Assembly (NCBI GenBank): GCA_951406725.2
Contig: OX597833.1
Span: 2,604,001-2,668,000 of the forward strand
Length of the DNA: 64,000 nucleotides
Reading direction: 5' to 3'
Origin: Octopus vulgaris
Lineage: Eukaryota
Each line of letters opens with the position of its first letter. Position 1 is the first letter of the stretch. Below the pieces are notes generated by a model that saw only the letters and a program-made list of their open reading frames with translations, was not told the origin of the DNA and did not search any database. A program made the position numbers and the translations under genes. Below are positions 1-16,920 of the stretch, in pieces.

Positions 1-160
1 GTGAAACAAGGTGGGAAAATAATACTCGAATATCGGTGGTAGAGTAATATGATTTATTAATAAAGCTGTAGATATCACAAAAACTGAACCAAAACTGTCC
101 GACGAACGGAAACCTGAATCTCTGAGTAACAGTTTTTGAGATGTCTTTGCAGCTTTATTA
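1..160 (+). mobile_element. Short hairpin element (Penelope-like, non-autonomous) with degenerate hammerhead motif; truncated by window start
   Basis: Same family as 43663-43852 and 49837-50032. Motif actgt-CCGACGA-acggaaacct-GAAT-ctctgag-TA-acagt at 94-133; followed by (AAT)n and (TA)n. Confidence 0.6.
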
Positions 161-181
161 ATAATAATAATAATAAAGTAA

Positions 182-241
<60 letters not shown>

Positions 242-407
242 TAAAATAAAACGCGGGGTCTAGTCGGGCAAAATAAAGATAACGAATTAAACTTTTGGTT
301 AACCATGTATAAGAACCTGTTTGAAGCTTAAGGGGAAAATTATACCTATAGCTCTCATCAACAACGATATTCCATAGTATAAATTGACTAGTATCTACAC
401 ATCTACC

Positions 408-1484
408 TTAAGCTTGAAACAGGATCTTGTACACGGTAAACCATTCGAATGCTTCAATTACCTCTTCTCTATTTAAGAATGCTTTATTGCGTATAGCAAG
501 CTCGAAGTGTTTAAATATGTGATAATCAGTAGGAGAAATGTCAGGAGAATAAAGAGGATGCGCCAAAATTTCATAATTCAGGCATTGCAACTTGTGAAAG
601 TGTGAGGCCTTGCATTATCCTGAAGCAAAATCGGGCCATCTCTATTCATTAATCTGGATTGCTTCGTTTTTAATTTTTCATGCTTACAATCAATTTCCTG
701 ACAATAGGATGTTTCTGTTACAGTTTTTCCTTGTTGCAAAAATTAATAATGAAAAACCCCGCTTTGTTGACCACCATACGGTGACCATCAACCACTTAGG
801 GTGCAGTGGTGGTTTTGAGTAGTGTTTTAGTGTCTCTCCTGCATGTAACCATTGTCCTGTCCGCCTGCTGTTATCATAGAGTATCCATTTCTGATCACAC
901 GTAATGAGTCGATATAAAAGTGGTTTTCTTTCCAACCGAGAAACCAACACATTGTAAGGCACCTGTTGTTTTGAATCTCATTAAGTTGATAGGTAACAAA
1001 CCTATCCATCTTTTTGACTTTTCCAATTTTCTTCAAGTGTCGAGAAGCAGTTGCGGGAAATGTCTGGAGCTCTGATCCAATTTTTCGGACCGTTGTTCTC
1101 GGATTTCGTTTAACCAAAGCATTCAATTCATCATGCGAATAACTGATTTTGGTCTCCCCCTTGGTCCATTTCTAAGGTTTTCATTTCCTGAACGAACAGT
1201 TCTAATGTCAACAGAATCGTTACCAAAAACCCGCTTGATGTTTCGTAGAACTTTCGTGGCAGAGTGACCCAACTTGTATTCGTACGAGAAAACCACTCGG
1301 TATTGTTCAATTGTCAACATTGTCATGAGAGCTGTGGGTAGCAATTTTGATTAATAGTATTGTCTTGAAAGAAAAAGAGTCAAGAGCAAACACAAGCACA
1401 TACATAGAAACTCATTAAAAGTCCATTTATAAATGACTCACAAGAAACCCATTTAAAATACGTTTCATGTATGGCAACCTAATA
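408..1484 (-). pseudogene. Mariner (DD34D) transposase remnant, frameshifted, in the sGC intron
   Basis: Overlapping ORFs give the HTH (YEYKLGHSATK...GPRGRPK), a decayed WVPHEL (FVTYQL), ITCDQKWILYDN and HPLYSPDISPTDYHIF. TIR-like TATTAGGTTGCC on the minus strand at ~1472-1484; the other TIR was not found. Confidence 0.9.
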
Positions 1485-1912
1485 TTTACATAGTCATGTA
1501 CCGCGTTTAGTTCTCTTCTAATTAATATCTCTCGAAACTCCTTTCCTATGTAACGTAACGCGTGGTTCATTTAGCTTTTATTCATCCAAATAACTTGCGA
1601 AAATATTTTAAAAGAAATGTGATTCAAAAGTTTTGACAAAAATACTCAAACAACATTCACTTGTATTTTTGATTCATTCTGCTATCTTTCACCACACGGC
1701 GTCAGTGTTTGTTTTTAAGATACCAAAGAAGTTTCGAAAGCAATGTAGCAATCGATCGAACAAGCAAATAAAAGCGAAAAAATCTAGCATAGAACAAATT
1801 TGTCGCAATTGTTATGTTGAGTGAGTTAAGAAATTGATGGTTGCAGTGCAGAGTGATCGCAAATGGAAAATTCTAACCATCAGTGTTTGTTCTACTCTTT
1901 TTTCTTTTTTAG

Positions 1913-2056
1913 ATCGAAACCATTGGAGATGCTTATTGTGTAGCAGCAGGGTTACATAGATCCAGTCCTTACCATGCGCAACAGATTGCCTGGATGGCTC
2001 TTAAGATGATGGATACGGCCACGTCTCAGAAATCTCATGATGGCAAAGCAATTGAG
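1913..2056 (+). CDS. GUCY1A1: Soluble guanylate cyclase alpha subunit, internal coding exon (catalytic domain)
   Basis: Polypyrimidine tract plus AG (1911-1912) and donor GAG|gtaggt. 144 nt, phase 0/0, translating IETIGDAYCVAAGLHRSSPYHAQQIAWMALKMMDTATSQKSHDGKAIE, which matches the VETIGDAYCV...HA.QIA.MALKMM block of sGC alpha. Probably a co-ortholog of vertebrate GUCY1A1/A2. Confidence 0.95.
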
Positions 2057-2202
2057 GTAGGTGGTGATGGCCTTCCGGTTCTTGGGGTTTGTTTACTTGT
2101 GTGACCGGAAGCAAGACCTGAACGTAGGCGGCTTAAAATGTATGCGTCAGTATGTTTATGACTATTTTTGTTTGGTTCGTAAGCATGCACATATTTGTGT
2201 TT

Positions 2203-2781
2203 ATGTATGTGTGTATGTATGTATGTATGTATGTGTGTATGAATGTATGTATCTATGCACGTACGGACACACACACATACATATGCATACATGCATGCAT
2301 GCGTGTATACATATATACAGACAAACACACATACAAGCATACACACACATATACATACATGCATACATGCATGCTTGCATGTATATATACAGACACACAT
2401 ACATATATACATGCACATACATACAGAGTCATATATGCAGACATATACATACATACATACATACAGAGTCATATATGCAGACATATACATACATACATAC
2501 AAACATACATACATACATACATACATACATACATACATACACACATACATACGCACATACATACATACACACATACATACATACATACATACACACATAC
2601 ACACATACACACATATACATACATACATACATACATACATACATACATACATACATACGTACATACATACATACATAGATACATACATACACACACATAC
2701 ATACATACATACATACATACATACATACATACATACATACATACATACATACATACATACATACATACATACGTACATACA
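2203..2781. repeat. (TACA)n/(CA)n compound microsatellite
   Basis: Direct reading; produces the spurious MYVC/HTYI ORFs. Confidence 0.95.
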
Positions 2782-3050
2782 AAGCATAAGAGAAACAATC
2801 TCTCTGACGAGTTCGCAGCGTCACCTGCTTGGTGTCTGTGATCTAAGAGGAGACAATTAATCCGAAACGCTGGCGTCTCACAGTCTTTGCAGGTGGCGCT
2901 GCGAACTGATCTAGGGGATCCCTGAGTTCGAACGAGCCTCAAGAATATTTGAACTGATAATAGCATTTATACCTATCACTGCTTAACGCTCCCACTCCGC
3001 AGTGCATATATATGCTTATGTATATATGCATGTGTGTGTGTGTGTGTAAA

Positions 3051-3175
3051 AGGTGCGTGGATAAGTGGTTAGGTTATTGCATACACGATCGAAGCATCGA
3101 GGTTTCGATTCCTGGACCGACGGTGCGTCGTACACTTGAGCAAAACAATTCACCTTATATTGCCCTGCACCTTAT
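3051..3175 (+). mobile_element. Degenerate tRNA-derived SINE head
   Basis: A-box-like gtggataagtggtt, B-box-like ggtttcgattcc, then cttgagcaaaaca (CORE-like). Confidence 0.55.
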
Positions 3176-3185
3176 ATTGAGTGAG

Positions 3186-3745
3186 AGAGCAGTGCATGCC
3201 ATCAAAGTGACACTGGGGTAAAATATACGAAGCCCTGTATACCCATCATGACTACCCGTCTGATAAGGGGACACTAGGCACATGCATCACAACCATATGT
3301 GCGCGACAATGTGATCCCATATCAAGATAAACAGCACATGACCTTGCAGGTGGGGCCCAGTTAGAATTTTCTTCAGGTCGAGTAGCCCATCCCGCTCAAG
3401 ATGTCCCTGAATAAGGGTTGTTTAACGATGTTGAACGAAACACCCATATTTCCAGATGTGAATTATTGAAACCCCAAAGAATCCCTCTCAACACATGGCT
3501 ATGATGCTCCCCCACTACTTTTGCTCGTGATCAGAGATGCACATATCGTCAGCCACTAAGGGACATGCTCAACTGGTTAAGGTCAAACAACTGACAAGCA
3601 AATCTGTGGTATTGAGCAGAATATTTGCTGTAGCACATCTTTTATACCAAGACAAAACAATGTACATGATAACACTTCCAATCAGTTAAGATCAGAATCC
3701 ACGAGAGCCACTGCCTGGTACTGCATCAGGGCATTTATTATTATT
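3186..3745 (+). mobile_element. Unclassified interspersed repeat ending in (ATT)n, probably a non-LTR 3' end
   Basis: Its 3' part recurs in reverse orientation at ~23040-23140 next to an (AAT)n tract. Confidence 0.55.
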
Positions 3746-3884
3746 AATTTTATCATTATTATCATTATTATTGTTGTTGTTGTTGTTATTTCTTAATGTA
3801 AACTATTTGTGCCGAATAAAGAAGTCCTCCTCCTCCTCCTCCTCCTCCTCCTCCTCATCATCATCATCATCATCACCAGCATCC

Positions 3885-3994
<110 letters not shown>

Positions 3995-4029
3995 TATCGT
4001 TACTGCTATACGTAATTGTCGCTTTGCAG

Positions 4030-4184
4030 ATGCGGATTGGTATACACAGTGGTTCAGTCCTAGCTGGAGTAGTTGGAACGAAGATGCCACGCTATTGTCT
4101 GTTTGGTAACAACGTCACATTGGCGAACAAGTTCGAATCCGGAAGTATAGCCAAACACATAAATGTCAGCCCGACATCGTACGA
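4030..4184 (+). CDS. GUCY1A1: Soluble guanylate cyclase alpha subunit, penultimate coding exon
   Basis: tttgcag acceptor and GA|gtaagt donor. 155 nt, phase 0/2, translating [51 protein letters not shown](E). [12 protein letters not shown] is the alpha-subunit signature. Confidence 0.97.
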
Positions 4185-4437
4185 GTAAGTAGTCTCCCTT
4201 GACGATCACGAGGTCGCTGGTACCGCTGGCAGCGGCGGCGGCGGTGGTGGTGGCGGTGGTGGTGGTGGTGGTGGCGGTGTTAATGTTCGTTTTTGTTCCT
4301 GGAGTTGATGATGATGATCACGCCTTTGTTAATGATGATGGTGTGACAGTGGTGGTAGTGGTCGTTGTAGTTGTGGTAGTCGTACTGTTGGTGGTGGTTG
4401 TTGATGTTGTTGTTGTAGTGTTGGTGATGGTGATGAC

Positions 4438-4476
<39 letters not shown>

Positions 4477-4904
4477 ATGTGGTGGTGGTATGTGGTGGTA
4501 GTAGTTATGGTGGTATGTGGTGATGATGGTGGTGGTGGAGTTGGGGTGGTGGTCGTCGTCGTGTGATAGTGATGGTGGTGGTGTTGGTTTTGGTGATGGT
4601 GGTGATAGTGTCGGTGATAATGGTGGTGGTTATGGTTGGTGTTTGTGGTGACGGTGGTGGTGGTAGTGGTGCTGGTGGTGCTGGTGGAGACGCGGAGGAC
4701 TAGTGACAGTAGAAGAAAGATAGTAGCGGCAAAGTTAGTAGTGTGGGCCGTAGTATAAGTGGAACAAGTGAAGATGTTACTATAGTAGCGGTTGTGGTTA
4801 AGGTGGTAGCGTTATATGCGTGGGCGACGGTGGTAGTGATGGAATACTAAAATCCTCTTCAATGGTAGAAACTAGCACCCACTCCCCTCGTCACACTCAC
4901 CTTC

Positions 4905-7870
<2,966 letters not shown>

Positions 7871-7983
7871 GGTGAAAGTGGTAGCGGCGATGCTACTGCT
7901 GGTAAGGAAGCGGAGGAGGAGGATTGCCATCAGAAGCAAAAGCAGCTACAGTAGGGGTAGTAGTAGCAACAGCAGCAACGATT

Positions 7984-8170
7984 GGAGGCGCAATGGCCCA
8001 GTGGTTAGGGAAGCGGACTCGCGGTCGTAAGAACGCGATTTCGATTCCCAGACCTGGCATTGTGAGTGTTTATTGAGCAAAAACACCTAAACTCCACGAG
8101 GCTCCGGCGAGGAAGGGGGTGAGCCCCGCTGTACTGTTTCACCACAACTTTCTCTCACTCTTTCTTCCTA
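7984..8170 (+). mobile_element. SINE family B, 3'-truncated copy
   Basis: Head ggaggcgcaatggcccagtggttaggg...tttcgattcccagacc, nearly identical to 36913-37294. Confidence 0.85.
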
Positions 8171-9309
8171 CTTCCGCCACAAAGCAGAAGAACCATGGTG
8201 TAACCCACTATGGTGTGGTAAACTTTCAGACCCTAGTCTAGCTTCCGAATCTTCTGTACCCCAGGATGGTTCAGCTCTCCACCAGTTAAAAGCCACCGTT
8301 TACGGAATGAGGATAACAACGTAGCTTTCGCGCCCGTGCAACAGCCAGTCTACATATTGCGATTTATATTCAACGTTTTTTGGATTACCGAAGAATAGCG
8401 GTACAGTGCTTCTGATGAGGGACAGTTGTTATGAAGCCGTTGTGCAGGAAGGCACCCCATTATTCTTCTGTTTAACAAAATTATAGGATGCTTCCATATA
8501 TCGATTTTCACAGTTAGGAATTCAAATAAATATCTATGGAGTTATATCTGGTATACATCTTCCAGATGTCTTGATTCGGTATACAGCGTGATTCGGTATA
8601 CATCCGTAAGTACATGCATACTACGTGTGTGAATGTGTGTGTGTGTATATATGTATGTATATATATATATATTAAAAATATAAATATATGATGCGTTTTT
8701 ACTGATGTGAATTTGCTACCCATGTACCGGTTAATTCGAATTATCCTTAATAAGATAATTCATTCAACTACTCAAATATATATATATATATATATATAAT
8801 TTACTACATGATTGATTGAAGCACTACATGCAAATCAGGGGCTTATTAATGTTACGCCCTAATAAGCTGCTGCTTCATATAGCGATTTAGAATTGAAGGT
8901 TTCAGTGTGGCCAAAGAATAACGATACATCTCTGAGGAGGCACAATTATTCTGAAACAGATGTATCAGATATCGCGAAACAGCTGTATGGCATCTCTATA
9001 AAGATTCACAACTATTTTTTCTGTTTACTTAACAAATTCATAAAATGATTTTACTTCATATGAATCTCCGCAGTTAAGTCTTTCGAATAAATGGATTGTT
9101 TCTAAAAACTTCTGTGATTTTGGAAAAATTGCATAACAAAGTGTTCGAAAAACTAGCGTCGAGCAGCAGTCACTGCTCTCCTGCTCATCACCAGCGCCGA
9201 TCAATAAACATTTGGCTACGTATCAATGCAAGAAGAAATCAATATCATCATTCCATGGTTTAACAAAATCGATAGGTTCTGCAAATCCTGGCCGATATTT
9301 ACAGTCTAA

Positions 9310-10702
9310 GATTAAATTCAAGCGCGGTAAACGTTGTCTTTCATTCTTCCGAGGTCATGGGTTGGGGTAAATTTTATCGCCCCATCATTCCCTCGAAATC
9401 TGTGGCCTTGTGTAACGTCGCACAAATGCCACGTAAAATTTCTTCCGGATCATTATGCTCTGAGTTCAAATTCCACCGAAGCCTCTTTTGCTCATCATAC
9501 TTCCGGAGACGATAAAATAAAGTACCGCAAAGTACAGGAGGCCGATGTAATCGACAATCCCTTACCCCTAAATTTGCTGTCCTAGTGCCAAAATTTTAAA
9601 GAATTCTTGTTATTATTTTTGCCGATTTCGTTGTTATTGTTGCTGTAATTGTTTTTGTTTTTTTCCTCTATACTTTATAGATTGCTGAAAGAAACGCCCG
9701 GATTTGAATTTTCGCCCCGATCCAGAGAAGACCTGCCACGTGGATTCCCGGAACACATTTCCGGAATTCCCTATTTTCTCCTGGATTACAAACATCCGAC
9801 ACTAACGGACAGTAACGATCCATCAGTGGATCATATAGCAGCGGCCATAGTTAATTTCCATATTAGATCCCCTTAAAATAATCCTTCTCTCTTTCTTTCT
9901 TTATTTTTCTTCTTTCTTATTTTTTCTCATCGTCGTCATCGCCGTCGTTAGTAGAATTTTTTTGTTGTTATTACCGTTTTTATTTGTTTTTTGTTGTTGT
10001 TGTTGTTGTTGTGGTTGTTATCGTTATTGTAATACTTATTGTTGTTGTTGTTGTAGCAGCTGTTATAGTTGATGCCTACTCCGCTCTGCCTTGCCCTGCT
10101 CTGCAAAAATCAATATTGCCTTTCACTGTTCCAAAGATCAATAAATAAAGTACAACTGAAAAGATCGATTAAAGTACACCAGACCCCTTACCTGCAGCAC
10201 ACTTGTACACCCCTTCCCAAGCATAATTTTACGTATTGACAGAATCGTTAAAGCAGAGTAAAAAAAAATACTTAGAGTTATTTCTTCCCACTCTTCACGT
10301 TCTGATTTCGAATTCCAACGGAGTCAGTTTCACCTTTCACCCTTTCAGGGGCCGATGTAATACAACGCCAGTCAAATTGCGGGTTCGATTTACTCTACAG
10401 ACCCCTCCTAACTAGTCTGGACTTGTATCTCTGTTAGAAACTCAAAAGCAATGAATTGACAGAACCGTTGGTGAGACAGATAAAACTACTTCACGGGATT
10501 TCTTCCGGCTGTATACGTTCTGAGTTCAAATTCCGCCAAGGTCGACTTTGCCATTCATCCTTTCACAGTCGATGAAATAAATACCGGTCGAGCACAGGGG
10601 ACAATTTAATCAAGTACCCCTCTTCCCTTAAAATTCCAGGTCATGTGCCTGTAGCTGAAAGCATCATCATCATCATCATTCCTCTTCTTCTTCTTCTTCT
10701 TC

Positions 10703-10800
<98 letters not shown>

Positions 10801-11016
10801 TAAGGCAGAGAGGTAATAGAATCTTTAGCACGCCGGGGAAAATACTTAGCAGCATTTCGTCCGTCTTTACGTTCTGAGTTCAAATCCCGCCGAAGTCGAC
10901 TTTGCCTTTCATCATTTCGAGGGTCGATAAATTAAGTATCAGTTGAGTACCGGGGTCGATGTAATCGACTAATCCCATCCCCCAGAATTTCAGGCCTTGT
11001 GCCTATAATACAAAGG

Positions 11017-11090
<74 letters not shown>

Positions 11091-11720
11091 CTCTGTTAGA
11101 AACACAAATCTTTTAGGATTGATAAAATAAGTAGCAGTCGAACGCTGGTGTTGATGTAGTCAATTTACCCCCACCCACCCACCCACCTACTCACACGAAA
11201 TTGCTGGCTCTGTGCCAAAATTAGAAACGATCAACAACAGGATCATCATCATCATCAACATCATCATCATTGTGTTAGATTGTGAGAACCATTAGAACGT
11301 GGATTGTCGGAGAGAAAACGCATTGTGGCGTATGCTCTGGCTCTTTAAGTTCTGAGTTCGAATCCCGCTGAGGTCAAATTTACCCTTCATCCCTCCTGGC
11401 GGAGGGTGGAAGAAATGCTGTTACATAAATACCGGTCAAATACTTGCTTAACGATTTCCCATCCGAATGTGTGGCCTTGTGCTTCTCTTTAGATATCCTT
11501 ACTTTTATTATTAGAACAACGCGTTGCAGAAATCGCAGAGAGTTTGGACGAAACTGCCTTGAGGGTGTTCTTTGTTATCTCCCTTTACGTTCCGAGTTCA
11601 AACCCCGCCGACGTCAACTTGGCCTTTTATTGTTTCCTTGGGGTGGGGGTCTCTAATAATAATTTATTACCAATTACTGATTATGAGCTAAATGACTATA
11701 CCCCCCTCCCTCCTAAACCC
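9310..11720 (+). mobile_element. Cluster of degenerate SINE family C copies on both sides of the sGC terminal exon
   Basis: Repeated core ttctgagttcaaattccgcc.aggtcgactttgcctttcatcctttc..ggtcgataaa.taagtaccag at ~9460, 10300, 10520, 10870, 11350 and 11590, all in the same orientation. Confidence 0.8.
9681..9876 (+). CDS. GUCY1A1: Soluble guanylate cyclase alpha subunit, terminal coding exon
   Basis: tactttatag acceptor; the phase-2 join completes GA|A. Translates LLKETPGFEFSPRSREDLPRGFPEHISGIPYFLLDYKHPTLTDSNDPSVDHIAAAIVNFHIRSP*, matching the PRSREELP..FP.EIPGI motif of the sGC alpha C-terminus. Confidence 0.94.
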
Positions 11721-11753
11721 CACCAAATAAGCACATTTTTGTCTATATTAGGA

Positions 11754-11805
<52 letters not shown>

Positions 11806-12184
11806 GTAATATCATTATTGTCGATTTCTGTTTGCTTATTATTACTGCATAATGCCATCGTTGTTGTTCGTTGTGTTGTTATTGTTGTGGCTGTTGTTAA
11901 TTTTTTTTTCTTGGTCTAATTATTGTTGTCGTTGTTGTTGTTGTTATAAATCATTAACGTTGTTGTAGAAACCAATTACGAACTAGTTTTCTTTATTGTA
12001 TTTTTTCTTAAATAAATAAATTAATTCAATTAAATCTTACGGTGTTAAAAACCGAGTTGTATTTTCTTATTGTTATGGCTGTTATTGCCTTCCGTAACAG
12101 CCTTCTTTGTTTTGTTTTGGGGTTTTTTCCAGTATTTTGTCATCTATGACTTCATGTTTTTTTTTTGTTTGTTTTATATACATA

Positions 12185-12598
12185 GGCGTAGGAGTGGCTG
12201 TGTGGTAAGTAGCTTGCTAACCAACCACATGGTTCCGGGTTCAGTTCCACTGCGTGGCACCTTGGCCAAGTGTCTTCTACTATAGCCCCGGACCGACCAA
12301 TGCCTTGTGAGTGGATTTGGTAGACGGAAACTGAAAGAAGCCTGTCGTATATATGTATGTGTATATATATGTGTGTGTATGTGTGTTTGTGTGTCTGTAT
12401 TTGTTCCCCTAGCATTGCTTGACAACCGATGCTGGTGTGTTTACGTCCCCGTCACCTAGCGGTTCGGCAAAAGAGACCGATATAATAAGTACTGGGCTTA
12501 CAAAGAATAAGTCCCGGGGTCGATTTGCTCGACTAAAGGCGGTGCTCCAGCATGGCCACAGTCAAATGACTGAAACAAGTAAAAGAGTAAAAGAGTAA
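12185..12598 (+). mobile_element. SINE family A, full length
   Basis: tRNA-like head (ggagtggctgtgtggtaag...gggttcagttcc), internal (TA/TG)n, tail ggcggtgctccagcatggcc...(gtaaaaga)n; more than eight copies in the window. Confidence 0.9.
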
Positions 12599-13214
12599 GG
12601 GTTGGCCAAAAGTCACCTGACAGTAAATCAAAATTCCATAAATACTTCTTATTCAATTTTATTTATTCATTCTAATTATGAATGTTTAATAATTGAATGC
12701 TGTGAGTTAAAATCACCGTTTTTTTTTTTTTTTCAACATTTGTCAGGAAGCTCCATACCAATTTAACTTAATGCAGCATTCGTTATTAGTTTATGTGCAC
12801 GCTATGTGGGAAGATAGAATAACGGGGCTTTTGTTAGCTTTTCTCTCCGAAAAAAATAGCCCCCTCTGCCGTTGAAAAAAATAAACTCGCAGAGGGGAAG
12901 TTTCAATATTTTCCTTCAATTTCCTCAGACCATTTATGTGGCTGTTTCTGACAAGAAGTTTAGCTTTCATCTAAAACAACTATATTTTGTAGTCATTATC
13001 CGTAATCTACTCCCAAAACACTTCAGTAGCTCTACTTTACATGGCATGCAAACTTATATGTTCTATAATCATTAAAAGTTCAACGACCTCCACAACAACC
13101 AGCCTTCAGTTTGATTTTCCATTCCTAGGCTAATCGGAAAAAGATTGCCGTGCTACTCATAAACCTTCTCGGTAGTTCAGTTATTCAGTGAAAAAAATAC
13201 CACGAAAACAACTT

Positions 13215-13244
13215 AAACCGTCCAAAGGACGGGTGCGTTTGCTA

Positions 13245-13245
<1 letters not shown>
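13215..13245 (+). mobile_element. Helitron-type 3' terminus
   Basis: Hairpin ccgtcc-aaa-ggacgg followed ~10 nt later by CTAG|T; 5' end not identified. Confidence 0.6.
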
Positions 13246-13340
<95 letters not shown>

Positions 13341-13347
13341 ATATATA

Positions 13348-13404
<57 letters not shown>

Positions 13405-13415
13405 GTATATATGTA

Positions 13416-13461
<46 letters not shown>

Positions 13462-13768
13462 CATATATATATATATATATGTATATGTATATGTATATAT
13501 ATATAATTTCAATAATACTAAAAGGGTAAAATTAATTCATTAATTAACCAATAAATTAAGTAATGAGTAATAATTTTGCCAAGTAGTCGGTACGTTAAAA
13601 TAACCATTTTAGGTAAAATTATTCAGATATTCTACAATTATAATCAGGGATCAGCTAATTGCTGTCCAGGAGTTCTTTATGGTAGTAGAAAAGGCATTTA
13701 ACTCGTATTTCTAACTCGGTGCATGGCGAAGCAATTAGCTGGCCCCTGATTATAATCATGTTTATAAT

Positions 13769-13803
<35 letters not shown>

Positions 13804-14218
13804 AAGTAAAGTTTGTTGAATTGTAAGCATGGCTTTGGTGTTAACGATTATACAAGCGATTGATGTAGGGAAGTAGCGTGACAATATACAACCAAAGATA
13901 TGCAGTCGTTCATCGAAATGTTGATGTCAACAGTGCATCGGTATTTTATTAATCGCGAAAAAGAACGTAGGTAATGCGTCAGACGCTGACTTATTCAGCA
14001 GCCAAATGCAGAAGACGTGATATTTCCCTTTATTTTTGTATGAACATATATTGTATATTCTATGGATATTTCTGAACAAATTCGCTAATTTCGTACTCGT
14101 ACTCAAATTTTCAAAGAGTCTGTCATAAAGTGCCTTACCTCTCCGAGAAACAGAGGGCACCCTTTCTCGAAACAATTGATTTTATAAAAGATAATATTAT
14201 CATTCTTTAAACTACAAT

Positions 14219-15100
14219 TATGGGGTACCCAAAAGTAACCGGAAACATTTTCTGTTAGACAAGCCCGTTGTAGGTTAGGCTTCTGCTGCTTGAAGTCACT
14301 TAGTGCAACCCTCACGCATCAGTCTGCCGACCGGCGGCGTCGTGGGGAATCGAACTCCCACGTGGTGTATCTTTGTTTTTCAGTGCTTCTCTCCTGTTTT
14401 TTCGCGATGGCTGAAACGAACGAATAGTGTATTTCCGTGAAATTTTGTTTTCTGCGGGAAAAGCCGCTGAAAGCGTTATCGTGCTTCAAACAGTTTACAA
14501 GGTCGCTGCCACGTGCAAGACACAAGTTTAGGAGTGGTTTCCACGATTTAGGAATGGTTACTTGTCGCTTGAAGACAAACCTCGTTCGGGACGACCGTCG
14601 ACCTTCTGAACCTAATAAAAACATCATGAAATTACATTAACTGATCTTGGAGGACCGTTTCCGAACAATTGATGGATTTATTGATATGATTGGTGTGTCC
14701 TGGAGCTCCTGTCAACGAATTTTGAGTGAGAAATTGCAAATGAAAAGAGTTGCAACAAAATTTGGACCTCGTTTGTTCACGGATGATCAAAAGCAGTTAC
14801 GACCGAGTACGTGTCAAGGACTGAAAGAACAGTTAGAAGTTGATCCGGACCTTTTCCGAAGGTCTTCACCGGTGATGAAAGCTGGTGCTACAGAATTTGC
14901 AGCTGTGGAAAAGGTGAAGAAAAAAAACGACGGAGGCATCAAAAGGCACCACATCGCGAATGTTCCATCCAGTATTGCTTCGGACAGTGGAAAACGCGCC
15001 TGGGCCGATGCATTGCTTTAAATGGAGAATATTTTGAAGGTAATAAAAGCGCAGACATGTAAAACTAAGTGAATAAAATAACATTAAAAAATTCTCGTAT
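14219..15100 (+). pseudogene. Mariner transposase remnant, internally deleted
   Basis: VKFCF...RSGRPST, ILSEKLQMKRVATKFGPRLFTDDQKQ, TGDESWCY, then a jump to the C-terminal ...NGEYFEG. Left TIR-like tatggggtacccaaaagtaaccgg. Confidence 0.88.
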
Positions 15101-15633
15101 AAAAAGTGAGGTGTTACAACAACAGTAATTTTATCATTTCAATATTCTGTCAGTTAATAACTATGTCCTTCCTCATAAAAACTTTTATGATTCGATAGTT
15201 TTATTACAGAGTGATACACATAGTAAAATTACAAGAATTATACACGCTTGGAAATCTCTGCTAATTTACAATTTTTTTCCAGGTTAATTGTAATGGACAT
15301 AAAATTTGAGACAAAGCCATTGGATTGTACGATTTGAATGATATTTAAGAATTAATAGAACTGCATGTCTTTGGTTTACTTCCGAAGACATTCTGCTCAG
15401 CAGAAATTGACCTTTAGCTTGATGGTAATGTTTCTCAATTTATGAGGGCTAAATTGCAAGAAAATGGATGCTATATGGAAGGCGTTAATCATTATATTCA
15501 CAGAGTTTAATTTAAAGGCCACAAAATACTCATATATTTAATTGATTAATATCTTTGACATAAGATATAAATCCTGCTCATTATGTACATTATTTACATT
15601 TGACGAATATTTGTCTCCATCTTGTTCGTTGTT

Positions 15634-15679
15634 AACACAACGTTTCGGCTGATATACCCTCCAGCCTTCATCAGGTGTC
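15634..15679 (-). ncRNA. Minimal type-I hammerhead ribozyme motif
   Basis: gacac-CUGAUGA-A-ggcugg/ucagcc-GAAA-CG-UU-guguu: stems I and II pair, and stem III is the palindrome AACGUU. Confidence 0.7.
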
Positions 15680-15726
15680 TTGGGGAAATTTCCAGCCTGG
15701 GTTCTCATTCCTAAGGTAATTTTCGA

Positions 15727-15795
<69 letters not shown>

Positions 15796-15914
15796 CATTA
15801 TTATTATTCAGGTCACTTTTGGAATCGAACTCGGAATCTTGGGTTTATGGCGTAGTGGTTAAGAGCGCTAGCTACTAACCCCAAGATTCCGAGTTCGATT
15901 CCAAGCAGTGACCA

Positions 15915-16024
<110 letters not shown>

Positions 16025-16086
16025 GTAATAATAATAACATCGAAAAATACCTTAGGAATGAGAACCCAGGTTCCAAATTTCCCCAA

Positions 16087-16132
16087 GATACCTGATGAAG
16101 GCTGGAGGGTATACCAGTCGAAACGTTGTTTT
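16087..16132 (+). ncRNA. Minimal type-I hammerhead ribozyme motif (one stem-I mismatch)
   Basis: gauac-CUGAUGA-A-ggcugg/ccaguc-GAAA-CG-UU-guuuu. Confidence 0.6.
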
Positions 16133-16285
16133 AACAACAAACAAGATGAGGACAAATATCCGTCAAAAATGTAAATAATGTAAATAATGTAAATAATTCT
16201 TCATCTCTTAAATACAGAACTGTACAAATACTGCTTATAATAGATTTAACAATGACTTGCAACGAGAGGCTGTACACCTTGGATA

Positions 16286-16697
16286 GATGCAAGAGTGGTG
16301 GTGTGGTAAGTAGCTTGCTTACCAACCACATGGTTCCGGGTTCAGTCCCACTGCGTGGTACCTTGCGTAAGTGTTTTCTACTATAGCCTTGGATCGATCA
16401 AAGCCTTGTGAGTGGATTTGGTAGACGGAAACTGAAAGAAGCTTGTCGCATATATGTATATGTATGTGTATATGTTTGTGTGTCTGTGTTTGTCCCACCA
16501 ACATCGCTTGACAACCGATGCTGGTGTGTTTACGTCCCCGTAACTTAGCGGTTCGGCAAAAGAGACCGATAGAATAAGTACTGGGCTTACAAAGAATAAG
16601 TCCTGGGGTCGATTTGCTCGACTAAAGGCGGTGCTCCAGAATGGCCGCAGTCAAATGACTGAAAGAAGTAAAAGAGTAAAAGGAGTAAAGAGAGAGT
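16286..16697 (+). mobile_element. SINE family A, full length
   Basis: Colinear with 12185-12598. Confidence 0.9.
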
Positions 16698-16920
16698 AAG
16701 TATGAAACGTCCTTCAACCGTATTGCTCTTTATTACAACGAAGCTTTCAAAGGAAGTAGGTTCAAAACTAGAACGCTTCACACATATTGAGCAACAACTT
16801 AAAATACTAATGAAATGCTATATTTTTATAAGTTATAAGCTTCTCTGTGGTTTAAATGTGTGTTGTAATGTTGCCAAGACATCCTAAACATTATAAACAC
16901 ATAGACTATAAATATAATTA

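Noticed and set aside
8411-8470. CTGATGA hammerhead start (also 32735 and 48308)
   Set aside because: No matching stem II-GAAA-stem III-UH arrangement, or the core is too degenerate.
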